64,000 nt of DNA from Anaerohalosphaeraceae bacterium. Lineage in GTDB: Bacteria > Planctomycetota > Phycisphaerae > Sedimentisphaerales > Anaerohalosphaeraceae. Position 1 is the first letter of the stretch. The number at the start of each line of letters is the position of its first letter. The notes beneath the pieces were generated by a model. That model saw nothing but the letters and a program-made list of their open reading frames with translations, did no database searches and was not told where the DNA came from. Shown piece after piece: positions 31,150 through 42,100 of the stretch. The translations under genes and the position numbers were made by a program. The stretch is taken from assembly GCA_963675525.2 (NCBI GenBank), contig CAXXSL010000011.1, positions 480,001-544,000 on the forward strand, read 5' to 3'.

Positions 31150-33375
31150 TTATGGAGCACACGATGCATCCATATAAGAATGACATTCAAGCCAATGCAG
31201 AGCGAATTCACTGAAGTCGTTCAAATCAACATAGCAGTTATTGTCAAAGTCAGCATTGATCTGACTATACCCCGGTTTGGCCTTTGCGGCATCACACGGT
31301 GTATCGCCAACAAAGATCTCGGTCGCGCCCGTGCCGACCAGATCACCATCGTTCGCAGACAACTGGAAGGTATACGTCCCTGTTGCCGGCAGTACAAGCG
31401 TGATATCTTCGACATTATTCGGGTCGATGGCTACGGTTGCCGGACCGTCGATCTGTTCCCACAGAAGACCCAGCGTCGGATTCGGGAAGCCGTCATCAGA
31501 CGCTGTTGCATTAATCACAGCGGTCGCAGAAGCCGGATCACCGTCATTGTTCAGCCATAGATACTGGAAAGGCTCTTCCACGTCAACTGTCGGATATGCG
31601 TTGTTGGTGTTGAAACTCCACACATAACCCTGTGTTGTCTCACCGGTCCCGCTATCAGTCACATTGACAACCCAGTTGTACGTTGTGTTTACAGCCAACG
31701 TGTAGCCGGACAACGAAGCAGTGTTCCCGGTGGTGTCATCAGCGATCAAGGTAAACCCGTCACCGGAACCAACCGGATCATTGGGGTCGCCGGTACCAAT
31801 CCAAACATCGCAGGTCAGCGTGCCGACGGCGGGCGGATTTGTCCAGCTCAGTTGAGCAAGGGTCGTACTTTGGCTGGTGTTGATGGCCGGAACCGGGTTC
31901 GTCGCCCAAGTCGGGGTTGTCACATTACCTCTCAGAATGATCCCTTTGAGAGCGACTCCATCAATAGTAAGCGAGCGGCTATGGCTCGGCGAACAAATCT
32001 CAAAGTCCGCATCTTCCGGCGAGAACGTCACAAACATCAGCGTAATGATACCATCCGTATCCGAATTCAAGAACTCATCCAAAGCGGCAAATTTCGCGGT
32101 ATCAACCCACACGTCTAACGGGTCAATAACCGTTTCCATTAATAAAGGAGAAACATCTGACTGGTCGATGTGTGTCGCGAACGTAATTGGCTCGCTATAC
32201 GCCGGATTTGGTGTGTTGACAACACCAGGTAAACTTTCCCACACGGCAGTCGTAGAATTAGTAAGATCAACATTGTCATATTCTTCCCTGACAGCAAACA
32301 CCGAAAGGACCTCATTCAAAGAACCTTTATCTCTGTTTATCGTCAGATAACTGTTGGCATACACTTCGCCGGCTTCTTTCTGTCCGGAGATGTCGTACTG
32401 GACATATTCGATACGCCGTCTGGGAGCACTATGGTTACGTGCATAGCTGATACTTGAGTGTCTATATGACGTGGGGGGTTGATCGGAATCATTTCCCGCC
32501 GTACACCAAGTAGAAGCCTGAACAGCAAACGTCGGAACCTGAACCGCTACCTGAATCGTCTTTGCTGCGACCTTTTCGCCGTCATCAGCGGTGATCTGGA
32601 GCGTGTAATCCCCTAACTCCGAAAAGCTGATCTCAACATCTTCTGAAGTGTCGTCGGGAGAATAGCCTACAGTAGCACCATCCGGAGTAGAAAGGGTTGT
32701 CCACTGGACGGATACCCCGGTTCCCGGAATGCCGTCATCTGCAACCGTACTGTCAACAACCAGTGTATTTCCCGGAACAACCTGTGTGCTGACAGGAACA
32801 CCGGTGATCGTCGGCCGGAAATTCCAACCGTCGGGTGCGGCAGCAACGACATACATGACACGGCCAGTACCATCATACTGAGCACCTAAGACATAGGTGC
32901 CGGGGGTAACCGACTTGGCATACACCGTTCCGGGCGTGCTGATATTGACCGTATAAGGTGTTACAGCGAAACCGTTCGGGTCAACCCAATCCATCACGCC
33001 ACTGCCAAGTGTCGGGGGATCGGAATCAATTTCATCGCCAACACGATTGTCAATAATCAGAAACAACGTCCCGGCCTTATCGACGGTGACATGATACTCC
33101 ACATCAGAGTCATTTTTGTCGTCCACAGCCGTCTGGACGTAATCAAGACCTCCAAGGTCGTTGGCGTCTCCAAAGGGATAGGTCCGGTCTACATACGGAA
33201 GCGCCCCTTCCCACAATCCGCCTTTTACAACCACCAGCGGTTCCGGTGCTGTGCCATTAACCGCTACCGCTGCGGAGATAATGTTCGGATCAGTGACGCT
33301 GGCTGACGCAGCCAGACTGAGTGCCATCAGGCACAAAACACAACATCCTAAAAAATTCCGTCTTCTACTCATCAT
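31150..33375 (-). CDS. Secreted non-catalytic protein: PKD/Ig-like + DNRLRE-like + Ig-like + C-terminal single dockerin-like repeat
   Basis: Signal peptide; DDG..W..GDYTLQITADDG; YVQYDISG..FLNSDTDG; ADFDNNCYVDLNDFSEFALHWLEC; start after GGAGGTG. Confidence 0.75.
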   Translation of the reverse strand: MMSRRRNFLGCCVLCLMALSLAASASVTDPNIISAAVAVNGTAPEPLVVVKGGLWEGALPYVDRTYPFGDANDLGGLDYVQTAVDDKNDSDVEYHVTVDKAGTLFLIIDNRVGDEIDSDPPTLGSGVMDWVDPNGFAVTPYTVNISTPGTVYAKSVTPGTYVLGAQYDGTGRVMYVVAAAPDGWNFRPTITGVPVSTQVVPGNTLVVDSTVADDGIPGTGVSVQWTTLSTPDGATVGYSPDDTSEDVEISFSELGDYTLQITADDGEKVAAKTIQVAVQVPTFAVQASTWCTAGNDSDQPPTSYRHSSISYARNHSAPRRRIEYVQYDISGQKEAGEVYANSYLTINRDKGSLNEVLSVFAVREEYDNVDLTNSTTAVWESLPGVVNTPNPAYSEPITFATHIDQSDVSPLLMETVIDPLDVWVDTAKFAALDEFLNSDTDGIITLMFVTFSPEDADFEICSPSHSRSLTIDGVALKGIILRGNVTTPTWATNPVPAINTSQSTTLAQLSWTNPPAVGTLTCDVWIGTGDPNDPVGSGDGFTLIADDTTGNTASLSGYTLAVNTTYNWVVNVTDSGTGETTQGYVWSFNTNNAYPTVDVEEPFQYLWLNNDGDPASATAVINATASDDGFPNPTLGLLWEQIDGPATVAIDPNNVEDITLVLPATGTYTFQLSANDGDLVGTGATEIFVGDTPCDAAKAKPGYSQINADFDNNCYVDLNDFSEFALHWLECHSYMDASCAP

Positions 33376-33471
33376 AATACACCTCCAAAAAAAGTAATAA
33401 AAATTTTCATTTCTCATACATTAACATTTTCATTGACATCTACCAAACTCGTCTCACGCGTCTTATCATTC

Positions 33472-34254
33472 TTAATACCCAACTCCGGCCCAAAGGTCTG
33501 AATTCCACAGCCACTGAACAACCTCTTCATCCTTATCGCTGGGATTGTTTACGCTCAAGTCCGCCATTAACACGTTGTTATGCTGAAAGGATCTGGAAAT
33601 TCCAACCGCATTAAAAAAGTTATTAAGGGTTGTATTCGTGCTTGTGGCAAATCCCCAGGCATCATTCGTCATATCACACATCAGCGCATTGCTGGACATA
33701 TCATTGACCGATGTAACTTGCGCCCTGAGTTCTTTTTTCCACAACCAGACATGAGAACTCCAGAACAAGGGGCGATCATTGGCAGGCAGCGTCCCATTGG
33801 CAATCTCCGTGTAGATCGTCCCTGTTTCCCTCTGAATATAATTGCCGGCTAATACATCGCTAACCGCATAATTCTTATCATAAGACAGGTTTCTGATGCC
33901 CGGGCAAAAGAACACCTCATACGTTGGCAACATATTATTATCCATGAGAAACTTTACCGCATTCGGTTGCGGTTCATGGGCATAATCTGAGGTCCCATTC
34001 GCCCAAAACCAATGTTTGGATAATTGATTCGCGGTCATATTAACTGCCGTTTTGAAGTTACGGAAATCATAGTTAGAATCTACCTGGTAAGTTCCAATGG
34101 CAAGCGCGATCTGATGCTCATTGGATTGACAAACCACTTTGCGGGCGTATTCTTTCGCTTTTTTAAGCGAGGGCAATATAACCGCCAACAACAAAGCAAT
34201 AATAGCAATGACGACCAACAATTCAATTAAGGTAAAAGCCTTTTTGTACTTCAT
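33472..34254 (-). CDS. Prepilin-type N-terminal cleavage/methylation protein (DUF1559-like)
   Basis: KKAFTLIELLVVIAIIALLLAVILPSL..A...C.SN; FFCP; H.NVLMAD. Confidence 0.85.
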   Translation of the reverse strand: MKYKKAFTLIELLVVIAIIALLLAVILPSLKKAKEYARKVVCQSNEHQIALAIGTYQVDSNYDFRNFKTAVNMTANQLSKHWFWANGTSDYAHEPQPNAVKFLMDNNMLPTYEVFFCPGIRNLSYDKNYAVSDVLAGNYIQRETGTIYTEIANGTLPANDRPLFWSSHVWLWKKELRAQVTSVNDMSSNALMCDMTNDAWGFATSTNTTLNNFFNAVGISRSFQHNNVLMADLSVNNPSDKDEEVVQWLWNSDLWAGVGY

Positions 34255-34325
34255 AAATCTCTTTCTCCGTTTTTTTTCGATTCAAACGTGGTATTAAATT
34301 GTTGGCAATCTCGCACTTCTGCATA

Positions 34326-36605
34326 TTATTCTGTCTTGATTCGGGGACACGCAAACAAACCCCAATCCATCGGCGATTTTCGATTCGAACCGCCCGTAAC
34401 CGCAAGCGTCAGATAACGATCATTAGGCTTCAGTTCAATCTCAATCGGGCAAGGCTCTTCTCCGGGTTTCATATCCATTTTCACAAAACGTTCCTGCCCA
34501 TCAACCAGCACATAAAAACCGGTCTGCGGCGATGTGTCCCATTGCTGCTGGTTACGGTATTCAGCAGACACATCCGCCGGCCCGCAACCCGCCGTAAAGG
34601 ATTTTAAAGAAAGCGTCCCTTTGAAATAATGACGGATTTCCTGAAGGTCGAATGTGATTCCTGAATTTGTATGCATACAAATTGCCGGATAATCGTTCGT
34701 GCCACACAGGCGGCCGTCCAGCATCAGACGGCGCGTTCCGGAAAACGGGTCGTTCTGAAGGCCGGTTAAAGCCGCATTCATCACATACCCCTTATTTTTA
34801 AAATAGTTCCGGATTTTAAAAACCGGCTCGCTCCCATGGCTGTCATCAGGTCCGGTACTGTCATACTGGTTGTCATTTGACAGATAGGTATCGGCCCCTC
34901 TGCCGTCTGCCGTGGAAACCTGACGCGTTCCGTTTGCCGCATAGGGAAATGTCAGCGTAGGCGCCCCATCATCAGCGGACTCCTTTGTACGAATGAGCCA
35001 CTCGGCACTCAGGTCATTCTGTTCACGCACCAGCAAGAGCGTCAATAAACCATTTGTATCCTGTGCAATAAAGTCATCCAACCGCAGATCGGCAGTATTC
35101 GATTGCTGCGATTTGCTGCCGGTAAGCATGATTGTCCCCAGATTATCAAGAACATTCCGGTCCAACTGGTACTGCCCCAAAGATGTTGACAAACAGCCTG
35201 CAGCGGAATTATACGTTACCTGAGTCTCGTTCCAGTAATCCGCATCGCCGTCCTTGAGGCCGTACACCTGGATTTCGCCTTTCTTTCCAGCCCACCTGCG
35301 AGTGCTTAATGTCAGGATTGCATCCGCTCGGTCACCCTTGACGGCACTGATGTCAAAACGCAAGTATCCAATCTTCTGACGGGCCTCCATGACAGGAGCA
35401 TCCCACATGAACTGCCCATCCTGTGTCACTGAAACCGGCCCGTTAATGCCGTTCGGGAGGAAAATACTGTCAATAAACGGATTGGTCTCGACAGGCCAGA
35501 CCTGGCCGGGCATCATCTCCGGAGTCTCGATTATTTCATTTCGAATGACAGGTTTCCCCGGTTTAAGGACGTCCATTCCGTTGCCCTTGATCATATCGGC
35601 CAAATCCAGCGGTTCGCCGCGCCAAACCATATTGTGTTCGGAGCGAATGTCCCGCACAAACAGGCCCGTATCACACGGAATATCCTGAATTTCCGAAGAT
35701 CGATCGGAAATCTTTTTTGCAGCGCCTTGGCTAACCTGCAGGCTGCATTTGAGCCCTTCCTGCTCAGCAACCACTGTTGTTTTACCTTTGACAACATGCA
35801 GCTGTGTGCTTTCACCATAATCGACCTGAACCCCAAACTCCGTGCCCAAATCAATGATCTTGGAATTGGGTGTGGTCACGATAAAACCGATCGCTTCGGT
35901 CGGCACCGATGCATATAAACGCCCGTTATCCAGCTTAATCTGATCGCGTGCAACCAGTACAAACTCTGCCGGGGCTTCGACCAGTACGCTGGTGTTATTA
36001 TCAAATAATAATTTCAGATAACCCTTGTTTAAGATGACAGGGGCGGTATTGGTACTGATCCGGGATCCTTTTTCCAGCGATATCCCTGCTTCACCCCACT
36101 GGACATTGATCATATCATCCAGCGTGGCCACTTCTTCACGGACCGTTACCGGTACAAGATGAATATAAACAATCACAAATAAAACCGCCGCCAATGATAC
36201 GATGGCAGATACCAGCGAGAATTTATTAATTTTCCGCGGAGCTTTCTCAATGCGGGCCTTTCGGATTATCACCGGTTCTTTCAGTGGTTCTTTCGGCGGC
36301 TTAGGAAGCTTCACGGACGGAGCCGTTTTTTCATCCTCCGACAGAAGCTGCCATATCTCAGGACTCAGTAACTGGATATTGTCATCCGTTTCATCGGCCG
36401 CAGAAGGAAAGGTAATATTATCCGTATAATCCGAACGGATAAAATAATTGTGAATATTACGGTGAAACATCGCATTATGAATAAACGTACGAGCATTATC
36501 CGGATTCTGCAGAATCCACTCAGACAATTCCTTGACCTGCTCTGGACTCATGGACTCCTGAGCATACAGGAAAAGGCTCATCAGGTTATCATGCGATTCA
36601 TTCAT
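34326..36605 (-). CDS. FecR-family anti-sigma factor with NPCBM-like C-terminus and an inserted DNRLRE-like domain
   Basis: TM helix; TPNSKIIDLGTEFGV; YLRFDIS; MHTNSGITFDL..FYVLVDG..RYLTLAVT. Confidence 0.85.
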   Translation of the reverse strand: MNESHDNLMSLFLYAQESMSPEQVKELSEWILQNPDNARTFIHNAMFHRNIHNYFIRSDYTDNITFPSAADETDDNIQLLSPEIWQLLSEDEKTAPSVKLPKPPKEPLKEPVIIRKARIEKAPRKINKFSLVSAIVSLAAVLFVIVYIHLVPVTVREEVATLDDMINVQWGEAGISLEKGSRISTNTAPVILNKGYLKLLFDNNTSVLVEAPAEFVLVARDQIKLDNGRLYASVPTEAIGFIVTTPNSKIIDLGTEFGVQVDYGESTQLHVVKGKTTVVAEQEGLKCSLQVSQGAAKKISDRSSEIQDIPCDTGLFVRDIRSEHNMVWRGEPLDLADMIKGNGMDVLKPGKPVIRNEIIETPEMMPGQVWPVETNPFIDSIFLPNGINGPVSVTQDGQFMWDAPVMEARQKIGYLRFDISAVKGDRADAILTLSTRRWAGKKGEIQVYGLKDGDADYWNETQVTYNSAAGCLSTSLGQYQLDRNVLDNLGTIMLTGSKSQQSNTADLRLDDFIAQDTNGLLTLLLVREQNDLSAEWLIRTKESADDGAPTLTFPYAANGTRQVSTADGRGADTYLSNDNQYDSTGPDDSHGSEPVFKIRNYFKNKGYVMNAALTGLQNDPFSGTRRLMLDGRLCGTNDYPAICMHTNSGITFDLQEIRHYFKGTLSLKSFTAGCGPADVSAEYRNQQQWDTSPQTGFYVLVDGQERFVKMDMKPGEEPCPIEIELKPNDRYLTLAVTGGSNRKSPMDWGLFACPRIKTE

Positions 36606-37144
36606 GGACGGTCCTGTTGAAGTTGATTATGCACACATTCCCGCAGTGCCATCCGGATGCGATGCAGTGAAACAAAGACATTATTGCGGGTGATTCCTAA
36701 CTGCTGAGCAATGCGGATGGGCGATAATTCACGCAGATAATACATTTCAAGGACCTTTTTCCAGCGGCCTTTCAATTGCTGCATACATCGCTCCAATGCA
36801 CCCTGAGCAATGTCGTGATGATGTGAAATTTTGTCGAATTCTCGCTCATAAACATCCGAAAGTGCCTCAACAGCCCGACAATCTAAAATAACACGCCCCT
36901 GATTCTTTTTCTCTGCGTAATATCTATGGACCATATTTCTCGCGATTCCGATTACCCAGGAGGCAAAGGGCTTTTCGCGATCATACTCATCAAATTTCTT
37001 CACCGTTACCACCGCGACATTCTGAAGAACATCATCTGCATCCTGGAAATTGGAAATCAGAGAACTGATATACCCGGCAACCACCGGCTGATGCTGTGCC
37101 CAATATACAGCTAACTCTTCAGAATGTGACTTATCGTTAGACAT
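36602..37144 (-). CDS. ECF sigma-70 factor
   Basis: DADDVLQNVA, FASWVIGIARN, LERCMQQL, region-4 HTH; 4-nt overlap with the anti-sigma gene. Confidence 0.9.
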   Translation of the reverse strand: MSNDKSHSEELAVYWAQHQPVVAGYISSLISNFQDADDVLQNVAVVTVKKFDEYDREKPFASWVIGIARNMVHRYYAEKKNQGRVILDCRAVEALSDVYEREFDKISHHHDIAQGALERCMQQLKGRWKKVLEMYYLRELSPIRIAQQLGITRNNVFVSLHRIRMALRECVHNQLQQDRP

Positions 37145-37407
37145 TTAATAAAAATTATACCCTTTCAACATGTATATATTCCCAGATTTCGACCAAATTC
37201 TTACAAAATAATACGAAAAAGACGTAATAATTGTTTTCCGGATTTCTGTGTCTTTAATAAAAAGAACTGACAAAAACCGTGGAAATTCATATATAAACCG
37301 CAAAGGCTCTGTTTTCAGTACTGATAAGTGAATTTACAGATAAAAAGAGAACTTTCTAATGTCATGCAGACGTCATGTACCCCCTGTCTTTTCTTTTACT
37401 GTGAACA

Positions 37408-39132
37408 CTAAAGTCCGTAAAATAAATCTCCCTCCCCCTGCTTTTTGAGATGGGGTTTTAGTGACGGTTCGACCTGCGGCAGTTGCTCCATTACGAGCCT
37501 GGCCATCGCGCGAGCGCCTTTCTGGTTAAAATGCGTGCGGTCGTCGGGGGCGTTGGCTAACTCCAACACGCCGGATTGGCCCAATTTGAGATACAGTTTT
37601 TCGCTGGCGGTATTCAGATCGACCAGCGGGACGTTTTTCTCAGCGGCTACTTTTTTCATCGCATCCGCATACGGCAGCAGATTATCATGAATATTGCCCT
37701 GCTCATCAAACTTACGCCGATACATCGGGGTTATCAGCACAGGAATCGCTCCAATCGCGCGGGACTGGTCAATGTATTGCCGCAGGTAATCAGCATAATC
37801 GGTCTCGGCATTCGTGGCTTCGGGTTTCTCAGGTGCGTGCGAATCATTATGACCGAATTGAATTAATACATACGCCGGTTTTTGAGCCAACACCTCTTCC
37901 CATAATCCCTGCTGGATGAATGTCTTTGTGCTGCGGCCGCTTTTGGCACTATTAAGTACCTCGATGGGACCGTTAAAATACTCCTGGATAAACTGGCCCC
38001 AACCCCGGCGGACCCCTTCATCGGGATAATTGCACACCGTCGAATCACCAATAATTGCAAGGATTTTGGTCGTTTCAGGCAATAGCAGACTTTCCCACCG
38101 CTGGTGCCATTTCTCATAATCCCGAAATACATCCTTTCCCGAGTCAGTATACCATCCATATCCATTACGGCGTTCCTTGCCAATCTGATTATAGTCATAT
38201 TTGGGAATGCCGTCGCGGTCACAAAAGAACGGCCGGTTTGTTTCAATCTCGTAAAACCGGGCCCACAGCGGCTCTGCCGTTGGATCATTGACCGCCGTTC
38301 GTGTTCCATTTACCCATTCAAGCCGAATACCTTCAACCTTCGCGAATTTATACCATTGAACACCAGCTGTAATCGCTTTAATTATCTCGGGACTCGGATT
38401 ATCCAGGCTCATCAGCAGATGGAGAATCCCCGCGCTTTCGCCGCCGCTTAAAGAGGCCAGTTCATAGGAGCGAGCCGGACGGGGACTGTAATCGATCTGG
38501 TCATGCTGCGCACACCAAACAGTCAGCTTTCCATTGACACGAATCTGACATTTCAGAATGCAATCAATTCCTTGGTCGAATGCCTTTCGGGTGGCTGTAC
38601 GACGATCCGCATCGACAAAATCATAATCAGAAGAGTTCGCAATCTCTCTGAGCAATTCCATCAGCCGGACCATTGCGCCATCATTAAACGTAATATAGTG
38701 AGAATAACCCTTTCCGGGAGGATACGATTGCGGCCAGCCCCCGGTGGGGTACTGCGCCTTGAGAATCAAATCGAGTGCCTTGACGAATGCTCCCTCATAG
38801 CGTGGTTCCTGTGTCGCCCTGAAAGCTCTCGCCAGAAACCGCATCTCGCCGGTCGTAGCGCCGTTATCAAATATGCCGTGCAGGTCTTTTCGGTCTCCCG
38901 AAAAAGGTTTTGCCGCCGTATCGATATTTTTGGGCCAACTGCCGTAGCTGTCCTGAAAAGACAGGATGTTTTCTGCAACGCGCTTGCCATCTTCGCTGCG
39001 ATACCATGCATCGTCCTTTGATGCGTATCTTCTCCATGAAAAGCGCGCACCTTGAGCCGGGAGACTAAAACAGACACACAGCATGACAAATAATATAATG
39101 CCTGTTTTTTTTATATCATTATTATTTTGCAT
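37408..39132 (-). CDS. Pectate lyase PL10 fused to SGNH rhamnogalacturonan/pectin acetylesterase (CE12)
   Basis: WPKN, DNGATT, GGWPQ, ITFND, WCAQH, PARSYEL; GDST, GWG, SGRS, QFGHND, DRTH; start 39132 after AAAGGA. Confidence 0.85.
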   Translation of the reverse strand: MQNNNDIKKTGIILFVMLCVCFSLPAQGARFSWRRYASKDDAWYRSEDGKRVAENILSFQDSYGSWPKNIDTAAKPFSGDRKDLHGIFDNGATTGEMRFLARAFRATQEPRYEGAFVKALDLILKAQYPTGGWPQSYPPGKGYSHYITFNDGAMVRLMELLREIANSSDYDFVDADRRTATRKAFDQGIDCILKCQIRVNGKLTVWCAQHDQIDYSPRPARSYELASLSGGESAGILHLLMSLDNPSPEIIKAITAGVQWYKFAKVEGIRLEWVNGTRTAVNDPTAEPLWARFYEIETNRPFFCDRDGIPKYDYNQIGKERRNGYGWYTDSGKDVFRDYEKWHQRWESLLLPETTKILAIIGDSTVCNYPDEGVRRGWGQFIQEYFNGPIEVLNSAKSGRSTKTFIQQGLWEEVLAQKPAYVLIQFGHNDSHAPEKPEATNAETDYADYLRQYIDQSRAIGAIPVLITPMYRRKFDEQGNIHDNLLPYADAMKKVAAEKNVPLVDLNTASEKLYLKLGQSGVLELANAPDDRTHFNQKGARAMARLVMEQLPQVEPSLKPHLKKQGEGDLFYGL

Positions 39133-39151
39133 TGTTTTCTGATATCCTTTC

Positions 39152-42100
39152 TTAACGAACCAACGTTGCACCCATCAACCCGATGACGACTTCATTGGCC
39201 AATGTTTTTACTTTCAGAGAGTTAAGTTCTTTGCCGGCATCCAGGGGCAAATCGAGCACCGTTGCCGCACCGCCGGGGACAGTCCCGCCTTTGCCTTTGA
39301 ATTCACTAACATCAAGTATGCGAACCTGTCCTGTTTTCAGGTCCACCCGCGGGGGGATTGGTTCCGGCCGCCTGAACCCAAAGTCGTCAATGAAATAATC
39401 CTGATCAATCGGCCACCATGTCGTCGGATTACGCAGAGCCAATCGCCGCGAGGAACCGTCTTTATAAATCACAACCACTTCCCCGTTGTCAAATTGGCTC
39501 TGCATGGAGTTGGTGGAACCGGCCATAAGCATGTAGATGTGCCGGGCCTTTCCGTCCAGCGGAATTGTTATCTCGTCGGGATAGTTGTCCCACTGCGAAG
39601 TAAAGACGATATTTTTTGTTTGTTCCTTTGTGGAAATTTTAAACGGGATATCCTGCGGCAGAACAAAAAAGCCGTCATTGTTTTGCGCCGCCGAACGCAG
39701 TCCTGAATCGTCCACGTCAAACGTTTTGGCAAAATTACACCAGCTTCCAATACCCTGTTTGGGAATGGCCAGTGAGCAATACGGCGACCGGGGCGAGAGA
39801 TATTCATTTTGAAAAATCTGTGTGATGCTGTCATTATAAAACGCACTCAGGTCCACCGGATCGGACTGTTTTGGAAGCTCATGGCCGCTGACATGCCAAT
39901 TGGTCACAACACCTTCACAGGTTTTGCCGTTGCCGAGGTCTATATTGATGCGATTGGAGCCCGGCAATAACTGAAAATCTTTCGCCAACAGGTATATTTT
40001 TTTTGAAAGACCATATGCGGGAATTTGCAGCGGCATCCCGGCCGATTGGCCCCCTGCCCGGATGACGGTTTCTGTATTAATTTCCTTTGCAGTATTATTT
40101 CGAATTCGAAATTCAATAAAATTTTCTTCCTTCTGCGATTCAGCAATTATCTCAAACGGTTTTTGTGTTTCAAATTCCACCGGCTGCCACCATCGCATCC
40201 GTCCACGCTCAAGCCGGGCAAAAATCGTGTGATGTCCCAGCCTGCCGGATGCTGCAGCCTTGAGGGCATTCGATTCATCACTCATATTGCTGACCGCATG
40301 TTGCGGGTCAGACACTATGTCAAGGGAGGCGCCGTCAAAACCAACTTCCAGTGTCGCATGACGGGCAACCACTGGAATCGATGTCGTCGCAGCCGGAGTT
40401 TGTCCTTTCCAAACTACTTTAATTTTATAATCCGGCGCGGGTTTGCAGTTAATTTCAATGTACGGGACACCGACTGCATCCTCAGCAATAACCCATTGAA
40501 CAGGCACATTGCCGGCAGTTGAGACCTCGGCATCTGTGCGGCGTGCTTTGATGCGCAACCGGAGTGCCTGCGGCTCGGCAAAGATTGGCCTGACGAAATA
40601 CGTCTCTTGTTGACCTTTACGGCAGTACTCAAATACAATATCCGGATGCTTGAGTTTGGCGTACGGCCAATCATCCGGAAAGCCCGGCGTAATTTTTAAC
40701 TCGTCTTTCAGCATGTTCGGATGTATGCCGAAAAGCCCTTCAATCAATGCACGGGAGCAAGTTCCCACTGCATCACCGAAGTCCCGCTGGGCCTCACCGC
40801 GTGCCATGTCAAAATAGGTCGTCATGCCCGCATTGCCGGGGCATTTTCCCATATACATGCTGTCGAGAATGCAGCCTTTGAACAATGCAAATGCTTTATC
40901 GGGGCGCTGTGCCTGCCAGTAGGCCAGCGCGGTATGCGCCACTTCAGCCATCACGACATTGTTCGTGGACCAGGTATAGGGCATCCAGCTTGTCGTCGGC
41001 AGTGTGAAATACTTTCCCTTGGGAATATCACCGCCGTAAACGGGGATGTGGGCAATCTGCGTATCCACAAACCGGCTCATCTGCCAGGCCTGCATGGGGT
41101 CGGCGGCTTCGGAATCAAGTGTGTGATAAAATGTCCACAGCGCTGCGCTCGGATGCGTCGCCTGCAATCCCAGCAGATCTTTAAATTCGGCATACCAGCC
41201 GCGGTCGGCCAGCCATAAATGTTTTTGCATACCTTTGAGAATCAGTTCGGCTTCCTGTTCGTAGGGGGCCGGGTCCTTGCCCAGGTCTTTGGCCAGTCGG
41301 GCAACCATGCGATTGTGGTAATAGTTATACGCCGATGTGTGGGTGACGCCGCCACCGTTATACTGTAGGTCGTCGCTGGCCCAGATAGCGGCATAAGCTT
41401 CATACACGGGGAGATTATCGTCTCCGTATGTTCGACGAAACAGGCGGTGTTCCCACGCCATGTGCCGTTCAATCACCGGCCAGAGACTGCGGGCCAATTC
41501 CAAGTCCCCGGTCCAGAGGATATGTCGAAACAGGGCATCCATATAGACCAGGTTCATATCATAATGCTTGCCGGACATATCGCCGTTGCTGTGCAGGGAC
41601 GGCTCGTTGCGCGACAAATTCGCCGTTGGGTCCGCAGGCAAAATCGCCTCCGGTACAGGCTTGGTATTTTGTCGACCGGCCCAATACGTCAAATGACGTT
41701 TGGAACGGTCATGCCAGCCGAAGGCATCATTCGCATAGGGGCCGCGCCAGCCGAGGTATTTGGATCGCCATGCAACGGCTCCATGCATGACAGACGCTTG
41801 TTTTTCATCCCAAATCGCATCGGCGGCTACACACAAAGCAGAAACAGCGGCATTGATGAACGGGTCCGGCGTCTCAACCGATACTTTCTCTGCAATCTGC
41901 TTGCGCTGTTGCTGTGTCTGTTCGTAAAGCGAACCCAGTTGCTCGGTCTTAAACTTCTCTGCGTCCTCGCTGATGCGTTTGAGGATGACATAAACAGGCT
42001 GATCGGCAGATAACTTCATCGTTGCCGTCAGCACAGGGTATTCGGTTTGTTCGCCCGCGGATTTGAGTAACGCATAGATATTATTCCATTTTTCCGCATC

